From positions 561 to 64,560 of the forward strand of contig CAZHQB010000001.1 in assembly GCA_964534895.1 (NCBI GenBank): a DNA stretch of 64,000 bases. The letters run 5' to 3'. A program made the translations under genes and the position numbers. The notes beneath the pieces are model-generated. The model did not search any database. It was not told the DNA's origin and saw only the letters and a program-made list of their open reading frames with translations. This DNA is from an uncultured Micavibrio sp. (lineage in GTDB: Bacteria > Patescibacteriota > Minisyncoccia > Moranbacterales > GCA-2747515). Shown here one piece after another: positions 63,117 to 64,000 of the stretch; the first letter of the stretch is position 1; each line of letters starts with the position of its first letter.

Positions 63117-64000
63117 ATGAAGAACAAAACAAAACAAATAATTTTAGTGTCTAGTTTTTTGCTTGTGATTGTATGTATTTTTATTTTTATACAATTCATA
63201 GGTTTAGATAAAACTCTGAGTACTGTTATAACTGGTTTTGATAAAAGCCATCAATCTTTTCAAAATAATCAAGTTGATATTGAGAATGTAGAGGCGAGTT
63301 CTTTGGTTCATTCTTCTAAAAATCAAGATAAAACGACTTTTCAGGAAGTGGAGACTTCTTCTACTATGGGTAATCAAGTAGATGTTTCAGCTACTAAAAT
63401 AACTATTCCTCAATCAAAAAAAACCATAGTTAAAATAACCAAAGAGGTGCCTAAAAATTTTCTTAAATACAATAAAAATAAAGTTAAAGAGGTAAATGGT
63501 TATCTACAATGTATTAGAGATAACAATCTTCTTCAGTGGAATAAAAAACATCAAGAATGGGATTGCAAAAAACCATCAGGAATAGTGTTTGGTGAAGATA
63601 TTCATCAGCATCCTAGTCATGGAGTTAAAATAGAAGATGACGGGTCTGTTCGTTGTAAAGACTCCAATAGTGTGATGGTTTGGGAAGATGACGACTGGAG
63701 ATGTAAATCATATAATCCTGGAGGAGGAATTAATACGGATAACCAAACTTTAGCTTTTGTTACCGGAAGTAATCTGTTATCAATTTCCAATGGAAATACT
63801 GTAAATTTATCTTCCCTGGCAATAGACAGTGATACTCTTAGAGATTTACATTGTAATGATAATGAGATAGCCAAGTGGAATAATGGAACTAGTCAATGGG
63901 AATGTGCCCTTGATGCCGGTGGAGCAGGAGTCACTACTTTTACCGCTTTAACTGATACTCCGATTAATTATATTGGTTTTAGTAATTATCTTACTAGAGT
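63117..64000 (+). CDS. 3'-truncated membrane-anchored tail-fibre/adhesin-like protein (not in ORF track)
   Basis: Open from ATG 63117 to the window end: MKNKTKQIILVSSFLLVIVCIF..., three C..D..W..W.C repeats, DNQTL and FTALTDTP motifs. Confidence 0.8.
   Translation, partial: MKNKTKQIILVSSFLLVIVCIFIFIQFIGLDKTLSTVITGFDKSHQSFQNNQVDIENVEASSLVHSSKNQDKTTFQEVETSSTMGNQVDVSATKITIPQSKKTIVKITKEVPKNFLKYNKNKVKEVNGYLQCIRDNNLLQWNKKHQEWDCKKPSGIVFGEDIHQHPSHGVKIEDDGSVRCKDSNSVMVWEDDDWRCKSYNPGGGINTDNQTLAFVTGSNLLSISNGNTVNLSSLAIDSDTLRDLHCNDNEIAKWNNGTSQWECALDAGGAGVTTFTALTDTPINYIGFSNYLTR

Overview
AT-rich bacterial chromosome segment that reads as Patescibacteria/CPR (Parcubacteria, Moranbacteria-like by inference from gene content, short enzymes and SD-less starts). 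It uses the standard code, and almost every gene is on the + strand. Core content: ligA, gatCA, gyrB, secY, tmk-thyA-folA, mnmA, scpAB, dacA, mraY, pgk-eno, infA-rpmJ-alpha operon-rplM-rpsI, secG, pgi/pmi, rnj, trpS, ychF, CIRCE-groEL, a type IV pilus cluster (pilB, pilC, three minor pilins, pilMNO), grx-trxB, rpiB-rpe-tkt, gdhA and five tRNAs. Items missing from the ORF track: rpmJ, a 38-aa membrane smORF, a frameshifted kinase-fold gene, and a tail-fibre-like adhesin running off the right end. Best leads: (1) a divergent FtsA-like actin ATPase coupled to a single-pass membrane protein with a baseplate-J-like outer domain instead of ftsZ; (2) a 6S-like ncRNA with a consensus promoter; (3) a long structured rnj leader holding a ~200-bp dispersed palindromic repeat and a tRNA-like element; (4) an RNAP alpha subunit with no CTD; (5) a LOG plus ATP-cone-restriction-nuclease pair beside tRNA-His; (6) several families of degenerate REP/MITE-like palindromes. 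No CRISPR, integrase or transposase was seen. All family assignments are by eye from motifs; no search was run.
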